A program made the translations under genes and the position numbers. From an uncultured Desulfohalobiaceae bacterium (GTDB lineage Bacteria; Desulfobacterota; Desulfovibrionia; Desulfovibrionales; Desulfothermaceae), in the NCBI GenBank assembly GCA_964494985.1, contig CAZBUB010000008.1, positions 520 through 64,519 on the forward strand: a stretch of 64,000 nucleotides of DNA, in the 5' to 3' direction. Of the stretch, positions 30,222 to 39,191 are shown piece after piece (position 1 is the first letter of the stretch; each line of letters begins with the position of its first letter). The notes beneath the pieces are model-generated. The model worked only from the letters and a program-made list of their open reading frames with translations, ran no database searches and was not told the origin of the DNA.

Positions 30222-31544
30222 ATGGATATCCAGGGTGGTTGTCAACTCCTGCAGGATCTCAATCCTATGCAGAGTTTTGGCAAAGTAAGCAAGGTCGTGG
30301 GGCTGATTGTGGAGGGCAAGGGACTTAAGGCCCCTTTGGGCTCCATATGTCAGCTCATTAAGGATGAAAGACAACAGCAGTACATTCCAGCCGAAGTGGT
30401 GGGCTTTAGGGATGATACAGTCCTATTTATGCCTTATGGAGAGCTGCGGGGCATTAAGCCAGGCAGCTTGATCAAGAATTCTGAGACCCCGCCTTTGTTC
30501 CCTGTGGGCAAGAGGTTTTTAGGCCGGGCAGTGGACAGCTTCGGCTATCCCCTGGATGAGAAAGGAAGTATTCGGCCCCAGCGCTTTTATCCTTTATACG
30601 GTAATCCCATAAATCCTTTGCTAAGACCCTTGGTGGATACCCCCTTGGATGTGGGTGTCCGGGCAATAAATTCCCTGCTGACCCTGGGCAAGGGACAGCG
30701 TATGGGCATCATGGCCGGTTCCGGGGTGGGCAAATCCACTTTGATGGGGATGATTGCCCGTTATACCCAGGCTGACGTGAATGTTATCGGTCTGGTGGGA
30801 GAGCGAGGCAGGGAGGTGCGAGAATTTATGGAGAGCGCCCTGGGCGAGGAAGGCATGTCCAGGTCTGTGCTTGTGGTGGAGACCTCAGACAAAAGTGCCC
30901 TGGTCAGGATGCGAGCTGCCTATGCCTGCACTGCTTTGGCTGAGTATTTCCGGGATCAAGGTCTGGATGTGATTTTGATGATGGACTCGGTGACGAGATT
31001 TGCTCTTGCTTCCAGGGAAGTAGGTCTTGCCGCAGGGGAGCCTCCCACCACCAGGGGCTATACTCCTTCTGTATTTGCCCAGTTACCCAGGCTTCTGGAG
31101 CGGGCGGGCAAAAGCAGGCAGGGGAGCATCACCGGCATATACACTGTGCTGGTGGAAGGGGATGATTTCAACGAACCAGTAGCTGATGCGGTGCGCTCCA
31201 TACTGGATGGTCATATCGTTTTGGACCGTAAGCTTGCTGACCAAGGCCACTATCCCAGCATCAATATCTTGCAGAGCGTTAGCCGTTTGCGCTCTGAGCT
31301 GGTGCCCCAAGATGTCCTTAAGGCAGGGAACAGGCTGACCTCACTGTTGTCCACCTATAACAAGGTGGAGGACATGATCAATATAGGAGCCTATACTCCA
31401 GGTTCCAGCACAGAGATAGATGAAGCCCTGCAAAAGATCGGTCCTATCCAGAAGTTTTTGCAGCAAGATGTCCAGGATAGAAGTCCCTTGCAGGAATGCC
31501 ATGCAGGCTTGAAAGGACTGGTCTCAGACCAGGGCCAGGGATAG
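30222..31544 (+). CDS. fliI: flagellum-specific ATP synthase FliI
   Basis: 440 aa with Walker A GSGVGKST and Walker B ..VILMMDSVTR..; overall F1-beta-like. Confidence 0.95.
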   Translation: MDIQGGCQLLQDLNPMQSFGKVSKVVGLIVEGKGLKAPLGSICQLIKDERQQQYIPAEVVGFRDDTVLFMPYGELRGIKPGSLIKNSETPPLFPVGKRFLGRAVDSFGYPLDEKGSIRPQRFYPLYGNPINPLLRPLVDTPLDVGVRAINSLLTLGKGQRMGIMAGSGVGKSTLMGMIARYTQADVNVIGLVGERGREVREFMESALGEEGMSRSVLVVETSDKSALVRMRAAYACTALAEYFRDQGLDVILMMDSVTRFALASREVGLAAGEPPTTRGYTPSVFAQLPRLLERAGKSRQGSITGIYTVLVEGDDFNEPVADAVRSILDGHIVLDRKLADQGHYPSINILQSVSRLRSELVPQDVLKAGNRLTSLLSTYNKVEDMINIGAYTPGSSTEIDEALQKIGPIQKFLQQDVQDRSPLQECHAGLKGLVSDQGQG

Positions 31545-31547
31545 GGC

Positions 31548-32945
31548 ATGTCCGCTTTTTTGCTGGCCGGGACCCACAGCGGATGCGGCAAGACCCTGGT
31601 GAGCCTGGCCTTAATGGCCTATTTGCGCCAGCAAGGCCTAAAGGTACAGCCCTATAAAGTGGGACCTGATTTCATAGATCCCGGTCATCATCAGGCTGTC
31701 TGCAGCAGGGCCAGCCATAATCTTGACGGCTGGATGCTTTCCAGGTCGTGTAATCTGGAGATATTCAGGCGCTATGCCAGCTCTGCAGAGGTATGCGTGG
31801 TGGAAGGGGTAATGGGCCTTTTTGACGGCTTTTCCCCAGTGCAGGAAAGCGGCAGCAGTGCCCAAATGGCCAAATGGCTGGGGCTGCCGGTGATTTTGGT
31901 CCTGGATGTCAGGTCCATGGCCAGGTCTGTGGCAGCCCTTGTACAGGGCTTTGCCAATTTTGACCCCGACCTAGATCTGGCTGGCGTGATCTGTAACCGG
32001 GTGGGCAGCCAGGGCCACGCTGAGCTGCTCAGGCAAAGTCTGGAGCATTATCAGCTGCCTCCTGCTGTGGCTTTTTTGCCTCCTCAAAGTGGTCTGGAGT
32101 TACCTTCCAGGCATCTGGGTCTGGTTACAGCCCAGGACAGGGGTTGGGCGGCAGAGGAAATGGATGCTTTGTCCCTCTGGTTGCGCGAAGGGCTGAAAGA
32201 AGAACTCTTCTCTTCCATCTTGGCTTCCGGAAAACAACCTGTTTTCTCCCTGTCTCAAGGATTGCGGCCTGGGAAACATTTTGCTGAGAAAAAAACGCAA
32301 ACTACCAGCCAGATCAAAATTGGAGTAGCCTGGGATCAGGCCTTTTGTTTTTACTACCAGGAAAATCTGCGTCTGCTGGAACAGGCCGGAGCAGAGCTAG
32401 TCTATTTTTCTCCATTACAGGACTCCCAACTCCCTGATCAGTTGCAGGGCTTATACTTGGGTGGGGGGTATCCTGAGCTTTGGGCAAGGGAGTTGGCAGC
32501 CAACAGGCAAATGCGCAGCCAGATTTGGGACTTCGCCTCTGGGAACGGGGTCATATATGCTGAATGCGGCGGTTTCATGTACCTGATGCAGTCCATTACA
32601 GATCTAAATGGCCAAGGGCATCCCATGGTTGGTTTTTTTCAGCTGCAGGCCAGGATGTGTGAAAAGTTTCAGGCATTGGGCTATAGGCAGGTCACCTTGC
32701 TTGAGGACTGCATTTTGGGCTGCAAGGGTAGCGTCCTCAGAGGGCACGAGTTCCACTACTCCAGGATCTGGCAAGGCCAGGAATCCTGTGCCAGCATTTA
32801 CGCTGTGCAGGACCGCAAAGGACAGGATAAAGATCAGGCAGGCTGGATCAAACGAAATGTTCTAGGTTCGTACATCCATCTGCATTTTGCAAGCCTGGCA
32901 GATGCAGGGGAGAATCTGGTCAAGTTTTGCATCTCTCAGCAGTAG
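31548..32945 (+). CDS. cbiA: cobyrinate a,c-diamide synthase (CbiA/CobB)
   Basis: 465 aa; N-terminal ..GTHSGCGKT..KVGPDFIDP.. and a C-terminal GATase domain with ..YAECGGFMYL... The start is 3 nt after the fliI stop. Confidence 0.88.
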   Translation: MSAFLLAGTHSGCGKTLVSLALMAYLRQQGLKVQPYKVGPDFIDPGHHQAVCSRASHNLDGWMLSRSCNLEIFRRYASSAEVCVVEGVMGLFDGFSPVQESGSSAQMAKWLGLPVILVLDVRSMARSVAALVQGFANFDPDLDLAGVICNRVGSQGHAELLRQSLEHYQLPPAVAFLPPQSGLELPSRHLGLVTAQDRGWAAEEMDALSLWLREGLKEELFSSILASGKQPVFSLSQGLRPGKHFAEKKTQTTSQIKIGVAWDQAFCFYYQENLRLLEQAGAELVYFSPLQDSQLPDQLQGLYLGGGYPELWARELAANRQMRSQIWDFASGNGVIYAECGGFMYLMQSITDLNGQGHPMVGFFQLQARMCEKFQALGYRQVTLLEDCILGCKGSVLRGHEFHYSRIWQGQESCASIYAVQDRKGQDKDQAGWIKRNVLGSYIHLHFASLADAGENLVKFCISQQ

Positions 32946-33103
32946 GGCATTCAAAACATGGTTGCAGGCAAAACGGTAGCAGCTGTTAGTTTTGCATACA
33001 AACCCATAACTGACATATGGACATCTTTGTATAGTATGCCCAGGCTTTCGTTCCAATCCAGGCACTGGCCTGGTTGCAGACCTGAAGGCCGCACTGAATC
33101 GAG

Positions 33104-33856
33104 ATGATCTCTGTGCAGCAGGAATCAACTTTTGGGGCATATAGGGAAGGACATGGGTGGCTGGTCCTGGTTACCGCGAGCAAGAAGGAGATGCGCTACG
33201 CCTTGTCCACCTGTGACCTCTCGAAGTTGCGCACAGGGGTCCCTTTTTTCCCTTCCAGCCTCCCTGGCCTGATTTTGTTGGCGACTGGTTTAGGGCCTAT
33301 TAATTCTGCCCTTGCCCTGGGCAGACTCCTCAGCCAGGGAATATGCTTTAAAGGGGTGCTTAATCTGGGACTGGCCGGCAGCTTTGACCTGGATGAAATC
33401 GGCATTGGGCAGCCTGCCCTGGTGCAAACCGAGATCTGTCCTGAGTATGGGCTTAGATACAATGACAGGGTGGATCCCAGGGGTCTGAAATGGGGCCAGG
33501 GCAGATTAGGTTCCAGGGTGATTTGGGAGCGGTTGGAGCTGGAACCAAAATCCCAAGCTGCCAGGATGGGTATCAAGCTACCTGGGCAATGGCCTTTGGT
33601 CTGCAGCTTGACTGTCTTCGGGGTTACCGCAGAAAGGGACTTGGCCCTGGAGCTGCAGCAAAGGCATCAGGCCCAGTTGGAGAACATGGAGGGATTTGCT
33701 TTGGCCTGGGCCTGTTTTAAGTCCGGGGTGCCTTTTTTAGAGGTCAGAGCGGTCTCTAATTTGGTGGGCTCCAGAAAAAAACAACACTGGGATATGCAGG
33801 CCTCCCTCCAGGCACTAGCCAGCATACTGCATGACCTGTTCATGGGGCGTCCTTGA
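33104..33856 (+). CDS. mqnB: futalosine hydrolase-like nucleosidase (MqnB; PNP/MTAN superfamily)
   Basis: 250 aa nucleosidase-like protein (..LLATGLGPINSALALG.., ..NMEGFALA..) embedded in the mqn cluster. The start may be downstream of 33104. Confidence 0.7.
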   Translation: MISVQQESTFGAYREGHGWLVLVTASKKEMRYALSTCDLSKLRTGVPFFPSSLPGLILLATGLGPINSALALGRLLSQGICFKGVLNLGLAGSFDLDEIGIGQPALVQTEICPEYGLRYNDRVDPRGLKWGQGRLGSRVIWERLELEPKSQAARMGIKLPGQWPLVCSLTVFGVTAERDLALELQQRHQAQLENMEGFALAWACFKSGVPFLEVRAVSNLVGSRKKQHWDMQASLQALASILHDLFMGRP

Positions 33857-33901
33857 AAACTCCTTGCCTAACCCAGTGCTTATGGTTTATTAGAGCAGGC
33901 C

Positions 33902-34870
33902 ATGCAGGACCTTTACGCGTATTTTCAGAGCCAGCTGCCCCGAGTGGAGCAGAGTTTGCAAGAGCAACTCCAGACTCTGAACCCTACAGTCAGGCCGGTA
34001 GCCACCCACATCCTTCAGGGTGGGGGCAAGAGATTGCGGCCTATTCTTTGCGTGCTTATGGCAGAGGTCTTGGGTAGCAGCAAAGAGGATATATATTCCC
34101 TGGCCTCTGCATTGGAGCTTATTCACTCTGCCACCCTGCTGCACGACGATGTCCTGGACAAGGCCCATTTCAGGCGGGGGAACCCGGCTGCCCATGAAGT
34201 CTTTGGAGTCACCCAGACCATACTGGCAGGGGACGCGTTGCTGGCCCTGGCCAACAAGGTGGTTACTGGATTTTGCAGTGTGGAATTGGTATCTTGCATC
34301 TCTGAGGCCATTTATCATACAGCAGTAGGGGAGATTCTCGAGATCCAGCGTATGCAGCAGCCCAGTCTTTCCTGGGCCGAGTACCTGGACATCATCAAGG
34401 GTAAGACAGGTTATTTGATCCAAAGCAGCTGTTTAAGTGGGGCGATTTTGGCTGGAGCCGATCCTGTACAGCGTGAGGCTGCAGCCAGTTTCGGCTTCAA
34501 TTTGGGAGTGGCCTTTCAGTTGGTGGATGATGCCCTGGACTATTCCTTGAGCAGCAAACAGGCAGGCAAGCCCTTGGGAGGAGATTTGAGGGAAGGGAAG
34601 CTGACCCTGCCTTTGATTCTGTTTCTGGAGGATCTGGATTCCAAACAGCGCGAAGGGCTTTTGGTTCGGATCAAGGAACGAGAACTTTCAGTTTTGGAGC
34701 AAGATTGGATCTTGGAGCAGGTCCGGGAGAAGGGTCTGGACAGCAAGACAAGGCAGAAGGCTGGATATTACCTGCACAAGGCCAAGGAAGCGGCATTGAA
34801 CTTGCCCCAAGGAGCCTGCAGCAGCCTGCTTTTGGATATGGTATCCTATATCCAGCAAAGGGAGTCCTGA
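33902..34870 (+). CDS. all-trans polyprenyl-diphosphate synthase (IspB/HepT-like)
   Basis: 322 aa with two Asp-rich motifs, LLHDDVLD and QLVDDALD. Confidence 0.9.
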   Translation: MQDLYAYFQSQLPRVEQSLQEQLQTLNPTVRPVATHILQGGGKRLRPILCVLMAEVLGSSKEDIYSLASALELIHSATLLHDDVLDKAHFRRGNPAAHEVFGVTQTILAGDALLALANKVVTGFCSVELVSCISEAIYHTAVGEILEIQRMQQPSLSWAEYLDIIKGKTGYLIQSSCLSGAILAGADPVQREAAASFGFNLGVAFQLVDDALDYSLSSKQAGKPLGGDLREGKLTLPLILFLEDLDSKQREGLLVRIKERELSVLEQDWILEQVREKGLDSKTRQKAGYYLHKAKEAALNLPQGACSSLLLDMVSYIQQRES

Positions 34871-34929
34871 CTCCGGGTTTTGGTAAGTCTGTATCTTTAC
34901 TGTCCTGAACTGTCGTTGCGCCCAGCCTT

Positions 34930-35769
34930 TCAGACAGGGAAAAAATCCAGCTCTGGCAGCTTTTGCAGGAATCCACATCTGTATAGCTCTTGGTAAAAGC
35001 GCTTGAGCCCTTGCAATTCCCTGTGGCTCAGATCAAAGACCAGGCCTTGGAAATAATCCTGTAATCTCTTTTCTTCCAAGACATTTTTCTTGGCAGCAAT
35101 TTCTGCCAAAAGGCCCAGATGGGCCTGCCCCCACTGCTTGGATTTGAGAAGCAATTGCACCCCGTTTTTCAGGCTTTTAGGATCCTGCCACCAGGCATTT
35201 TTTCTGGCTACCCAGACCCCGAAGATAAATGGTAATCCGGTCCATTCCAGCCAGGCTTGGCCCAGGTCCAGACGCCAAGGGTATGCTGGATGCCTGTGCA
35301 GCAGCAAAGCTTCGTCTCCAATGGCCAGAAAGGCCACAGGTCGGTTTTTTTGCTCGAGACCTTTCCAGATGTTACCTGTCTGGTACCTGGGCTTTATACC
35401 GTATCTGGACTCTAAAAGCATCTGCAGGAGGGCTGCAGAAGTATGGGTCTGGCTGCTTAGGAGTATGTTCCTGTTTTCAAGCTGATTGATAGGGACCTTG
35501 CTGAGCAAAAGGACGCTTTGCACTGGGCCCAGGCAGCCTATGGCCAGATCCGGGAGCAGGAGATAATCTTGAGGATTCCGGGCGTATTCGATGCTAGATG
35601 CTGCGCTGAGCTCCAGCTTGCCCTGGGCTATAAGGGAGTTCAACTCAGCAGGGGTACCAGGGACGATTTGGAAGTTGTGGGCCACAACTCCTTGTTCCAA
35701 GGCATGATACACAGGCAGGACATTCAGGTATCTGATTTTGCCCAGTCTTGCTTGTCTTTTGCAACTCAT
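34930..35769 (-). CDS. mqnA: chorismate dehydratase MqnA
   Basis: 279 aa; ..IRYLNVLPVYHALE.. is the N-terminus typical of the MqnA/MqnD periplasmic-binding-like fold. It is adjacent to the radical-SAM mqn genes. Confidence 0.8.
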   Translation of the reverse strand: MSCKRQARLGKIRYLNVLPVYHALEQGVVAHNFQIVPGTPAELNSLIAQGKLELSAASSIEYARNPQDYLLLPDLAIGCLGPVQSVLLLSKVPINQLENRNILLSSQTHTSAALLQMLLESRYGIKPRYQTGNIWKGLEQKNRPVAFLAIGDEALLLHRHPAYPWRLDLGQAWLEWTGLPFIFGVWVARKNAWWQDPKSLKNGVQLLLKSKQWGQAHLGLLAEIAAKKNVLEEKRLQDYFQGLVFDLSHRELQGLKRFYQELYRCGFLQKLPELDFFPV

Positions 35770-35790
35770 GCTGGATTCACTGATTTGGGC

Positions 35791-36858
35791 TCAAGCTCGG
35801 GTGTAGTCCATCCTTCTTTGTCTGGGGATGAATCCTGCCTGGCTTATGTTACGCTCGATTTCAGAGCTGTCCATCCTGAACCTGACCCCAGAGGCAGCCA
35901 CCACGTTTTCCTCGATCATGGTTGAGCCAAAGTCATCTGCACCGAAAAAGAGGGCCAATTGTCCGATCTTGGCACCCATGGTAACCCAGGAGACCTGCAG
36001 ATGGGCAAAGTTGTCCAGGAAAATCCTGCTTACTGCCAGAAGCCTAAGATACTGTACGCTGCTGGCTTCCCTGGTCTTGAGCCTGGTGTGCCCGGGCTGA
36101 AAGGTCCAGGGGATGAAGGCAGTGAAGCCCTGGGTTTGATCCTGGAGATCACGCAGTCTTTCCAGATGCTGCAGCCGATCTTTCAGGGTTTCTATATGCC
36201 CAAACATCATGGTGGCTGTGGTTCTAAGGCCCATCTCGTGGGCCAGGCGCATGACATGAAGCCATTCGTCAGCACTGCATTTGTTGGGGGCTATCCTTTT
36301 CCGCACCTGGTCTACCAGAATTTCAGCTCCGCCTCCGGGGATGGAGTCCAGGCCGCTGGCCAGCAGACCTTCCAAGATTTTGGCTGGCGTAGTCCGGTTG
36401 AGGCGGGCGAAGTGCACTATCTCCGGAGGGGAAAAGGCATGGACGTGCAGTCCCGGGAACTTGGCTTTAATGTGCTGCAATAAATCTTGGAAGTAGTTGA
36501 GATCCAGGTCAGGATGGTGGCTGCCCTGTAAGAGTATCTGAGTTCCGCCGAGCTCTAGGGTCTCCTGGATTTTGGCCTCCAGTTCGTCCCTTCCCAGGAT
36601 AAATCCACCGGGCTTTTGGGGATCGTGGTAAAATGCACAGAATCTGCATCCACAAACGCAGATATTGGAGTAGTTGATATTGCGGTCCACCACATAGGTG
36701 ACCACGGGCCCTGGATTATGGCGTTGTCTGATATAATGCGCAGCCAGAGACAGCTCATGCAGCTTGGCCTCTTGCAGAAGCACGAGTCCCTGCTCAAAGC
36801 TCAACCTCTGGCCTTCTAAGGTCAAATCCAAAATTCTTTGCCAGGAATACACGCTCAA
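35791..36858 (-). CDS. radical-SAM menaquinone (futalosine pathway) enzyme, MqnC/MqnE family
   Basis: 355 aa; ..DRNINYSNICVCGCRFCAF.. is a CxxxCxxC motif in a CofG/CofH-like TIM barrel. I cannot separate MqnC from MqnE by eye. Confidence 0.8.
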   Translation of the reverse strand: MSVYSWQRILDLTLEGQRLSFEQGLVLLQEAKLHELSLAAHYIRQRHNPGPVVTYVVDRNINYSNICVCGCRFCAFYHDPQKPGGFILGRDELEAKIQETLELGGTQILLQGSHHPDLDLNYFQDLLQHIKAKFPGLHVHAFSPPEIVHFARLNRTTPAKILEGLLASGLDSIPGGGAEILVDQVRKRIAPNKCSADEWLHVMRLAHEMGLRTTATMMFGHIETLKDRLQHLERLRDLQDQTQGFTAFIPWTFQPGHTRLKTREASSVQYLRLLAVSRIFLDNFAHLQVSWVTMGAKIGQLALFFGADDFGSTMIEENVVAASGVRFRMDSSEIERNISQAGFIPRQRRMDYTRA

Positions 36859-37949
36859 GCTACTTTTTTAAATCTAGCATTTCTTTGTACAGGCAAGAGA
36901 TCGCAGTCCTTGATCATCTCCTCCAGCTCGCTTCTGCTAAGAATCTGAGGGGAATCAGCCCCTGCCATGTGCCCGATCTTCTCCTCCACCACTGTGCCGT
37001 CCAGATCGTCGGCTCCCCAATGCAAGGCTACTTGGGCCTGCTTGAGGCCCAGCATGACCCAGTAACTCTTGATATGGGGGATATTGTCCAGCAGGAGCCT
37101 GGAGATGGCGATGGTTTTTAGCTCCTCCAGGCCGGTGATTTTGCGTATGCCCTGCAGTCTGTTGTTTTCTGTCTGGAAGGGCAGGGGGATAAAGCAAAGG
37201 AAACCATGGGTTTTATCCTGCTGCCTGCGCAGCTGGAGCAGGTGCTCCAATCTGTCCTGCACTGTTTCCAGGTGGCCAAAGAGCATGGTACAGTTGGTCT
37301 GGATGCCTAGTCTGTGGGCAGCAGCGCAGATTTGCAACCATTTTTGGCCACTTATCTTAGTAGGGCAGATCCTGGATCGGACCCTGGGGGCAAATATCTC
37401 CGCTCCGCCTCCTGGCAGCATTTCCAGGCCAGCTTGCTTTAGTCTGTGCAGGACCTCTTCAGGTGGCAGGCCTTCCTGTCTGGCGAAGTGATCAATTTCC
37501 ACAGCAGTGAAGCATTTGAGCACTGCCCCGGGTCTTAGTTCCTTAGCCAATGCTAGCAGTTGCAGATAATAGTCCAGGCTTAAGTCCGGATGACAGCCGC
37601 CCACAACATGTATTTCGGTGATGGGTTGATCCAGACAGGACTTGAGTTTGTCCCTAATCTCTTCCAGACCAAGCTCAAAGGCTTCACTTTGGCCCCTATG
37701 CCTGCGGTAGGAGCAGAAAGTGCAGCGATTGACGCAGATATTGGTGTAGTTGATCTGTTGATTTAAGACATAGGTAGTTTGCCTTCCGTGCAGACTGTTT
37801 CGCTTGAAATGGGCCAACTGGGCCAAGAGCAAAGGGTTTTCGCAACTCCAGAGTCGCAAGGCGTCCTCTAGCTCCAGCCTTTGCTGTTTTTGGACCTTCT
37901 CCAGGATATCCTCCAGGCGATAGGCCTTATAGAGATCATGATTTAGCAT
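36855..37949 (-). CDS. radical-SAM menaquinone (futalosine pathway) enzyme, MqnE/MqnC family
   Basis: 364 aa; ..NQQINYTNICVNRCTFCSY... It is a paralogue of the downstream gene, with a 4-nt overlap. Confidence 0.8.
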   Translation of the reverse strand: MLNHDLYKAYRLEDILEKVQKQQRLELEDALRLWSCENPLLLAQLAHFKRNSLHGRQTTYVLNQQINYTNICVNRCTFCSYRRHRGQSEAFELGLEEIRDKLKSCLDQPITEIHVVGGCHPDLSLDYYLQLLALAKELRPGAVLKCFTAVEIDHFARQEGLPPEEVLHRLKQAGLEMLPGGGAEIFAPRVRSRICPTKISGQKWLQICAAAHRLGIQTNCTMLFGHLETVQDRLEHLLQLRRQQDKTHGFLCFIPLPFQTENNRLQGIRKITGLEELKTIAISRLLLDNIPHIKSYWVMLGLKQAQVALHWGADDLDGTVVEEKIGHMAGADSPQILSRSELEEMIKDCDLLPVQRNARFKKVA

Positions 37950-38326
37950 GTGCAGCTTCCAAGGGAGATGATAAACTGGGAAGCAATCTAAGCCAAGCCT
38001 GGGGAGGTGTCAATTAAGCTTGTGACAGGGTTTTGTTTTGGCGTAGGCCTTCAGGGGGGGGTGCTGGCACGTAGAGTTGTGAGGCTGTGCGTAGCTGCAA
38101 CTTTGAAAACCTTTTAAGCCTGAAGTATTGGGGGGAGGACTCCTATTCGCACAGCTACAACATAGGCCTGTGACTCTTAGCGCGGCAGGGCGCTTGAAGG
38201 TTTTCGTTTTGGCGGCTATAGGCAAGACTGAGTCCGAGATTGCTTCCAGCATTATATTGCACTAACAATGAATACCCAGAAGTATGGGTTTGAATCCGTA
38301 TTTAAAGCCCAAAAAGGAGTGTTGTC

Positions 38327-39136
38327 TTGAACAGGAAAATTAGTCTGGGCATTTCGCCATGTCCAAACGATACCTATATATTTTACTCCTTGCTGCATGG
38401 ACTTGTGGATTTAGAGGGTGTTGAGCTGCAGTGCCTGCTTGCTGATGTGGAGACTCTAAACCAAATGGCCCTCGGACATGGGCCGGATGTGGTCAAGCTG
38501 AGTGTGGCTGCCTATGCCCGGGTGCAGGAGCACTATTATTTGTTGCGGGTAGGAGGGGCTTTGGGTTGGGGATGCGGGCCATTATTGGTGAGCAAGAGAC
38601 CTTGTTCTTGCTTGGATTTGGAGCAGGCCACAATAGCAGTGCCCGGTAAAATGACCACAGCTTGTCTGCTGCTGGGGCTTATGGGCTGGCATCAGGGCCA
38701 AAGGCTGGAAATGGATTATTCCCAGATAATGCCTGCAGTGGCCCAAGGAGAGGCTGATGCCGGCTTGGTGATCCACGAGGGCAGATTCACCTATGCTAGG
38801 CATGGCTTGCATCTGGTATTGGATTTGGGCCAGTGGTGGGAAGAGGAAACTGGACTGCCTTTGCCTTTGGGGGTTATTGCCTGCCATAAGCGCCTGGGCA
38901 AAGACTTTGTGCCGTGGATGGAATCCAAAATACGCAATAGCCTGGATCTGGTCAGGGATAGGCCTGACCAGGCCTGGGAGTTCATCCGTTCCCAGGCCCA
39001 GGAGCTGGACCAGGAAACTATCCTCAGGCACATTGAAACTTTTGTTACTGAATTTTCCTATGATCTTGGCCTCCAGGGCAAGAGGGCCCTGGAGGTATTG
39101 TTGCACCAGGGCCCGGCTTTGAACCGCAAGTGCTGA
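38327..39136 (+). CDS. mqnD: 1,4-dihydroxy-6-naphthoate synthase MqnD
   Basis: 269 aa; ..ISLGISPCPNDTYIFYSLLHG.. is the typical MqnD N-terminus. Confidence 0.82.
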   Translation: MNRKISLGISPCPNDTYIFYSLLHGLVDLEGVELQCLLADVETLNQMALGHGPDVVKLSVAAYARVQEHYYLLRVGGALGWGCGPLLVSKRPCSCLDLEQATIAVPGKMTTACLLLGLMGWHQGQRLEMDYSQIMPAVAQGEADAGLVIHEGRFTYARHGLHLVLDLGQWWEEETGLPLPLGVIACHKRLGKDFVPWMESKIRNSLDLVRDRPDQAWEFIRSQAQELDQETILRHIETFVTEFSYDLGLQGKRALEVLLHQGPALNRKC

Positions 39137-39191
39137 GTCTTCTAACCGAGTTAGGGCCTGGCGTAAGGAAGGAGGTAAGGGGCTTGATGCG

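Noticed and set aside
38064-38080. A sigma54-like TGGCAC upstream of mqnD, and a similar TGGCAC at about 13907.
   Set aside because: The -12 element is mis-spaced or lacks GC (TGGCAC-N6-TTGT, and TGGCAC-N8-TTGC). The 13907 site has no downstream gene on its strand.
38010-38252. An 80-aa minus-strand ORF in the mqn intergenic region.
   Set aside because: It has no SD and an implausible composition (Cys/Pro/Ala/Ser-rich). It spans the repeat and helix elements, which are better explained as non-coding.
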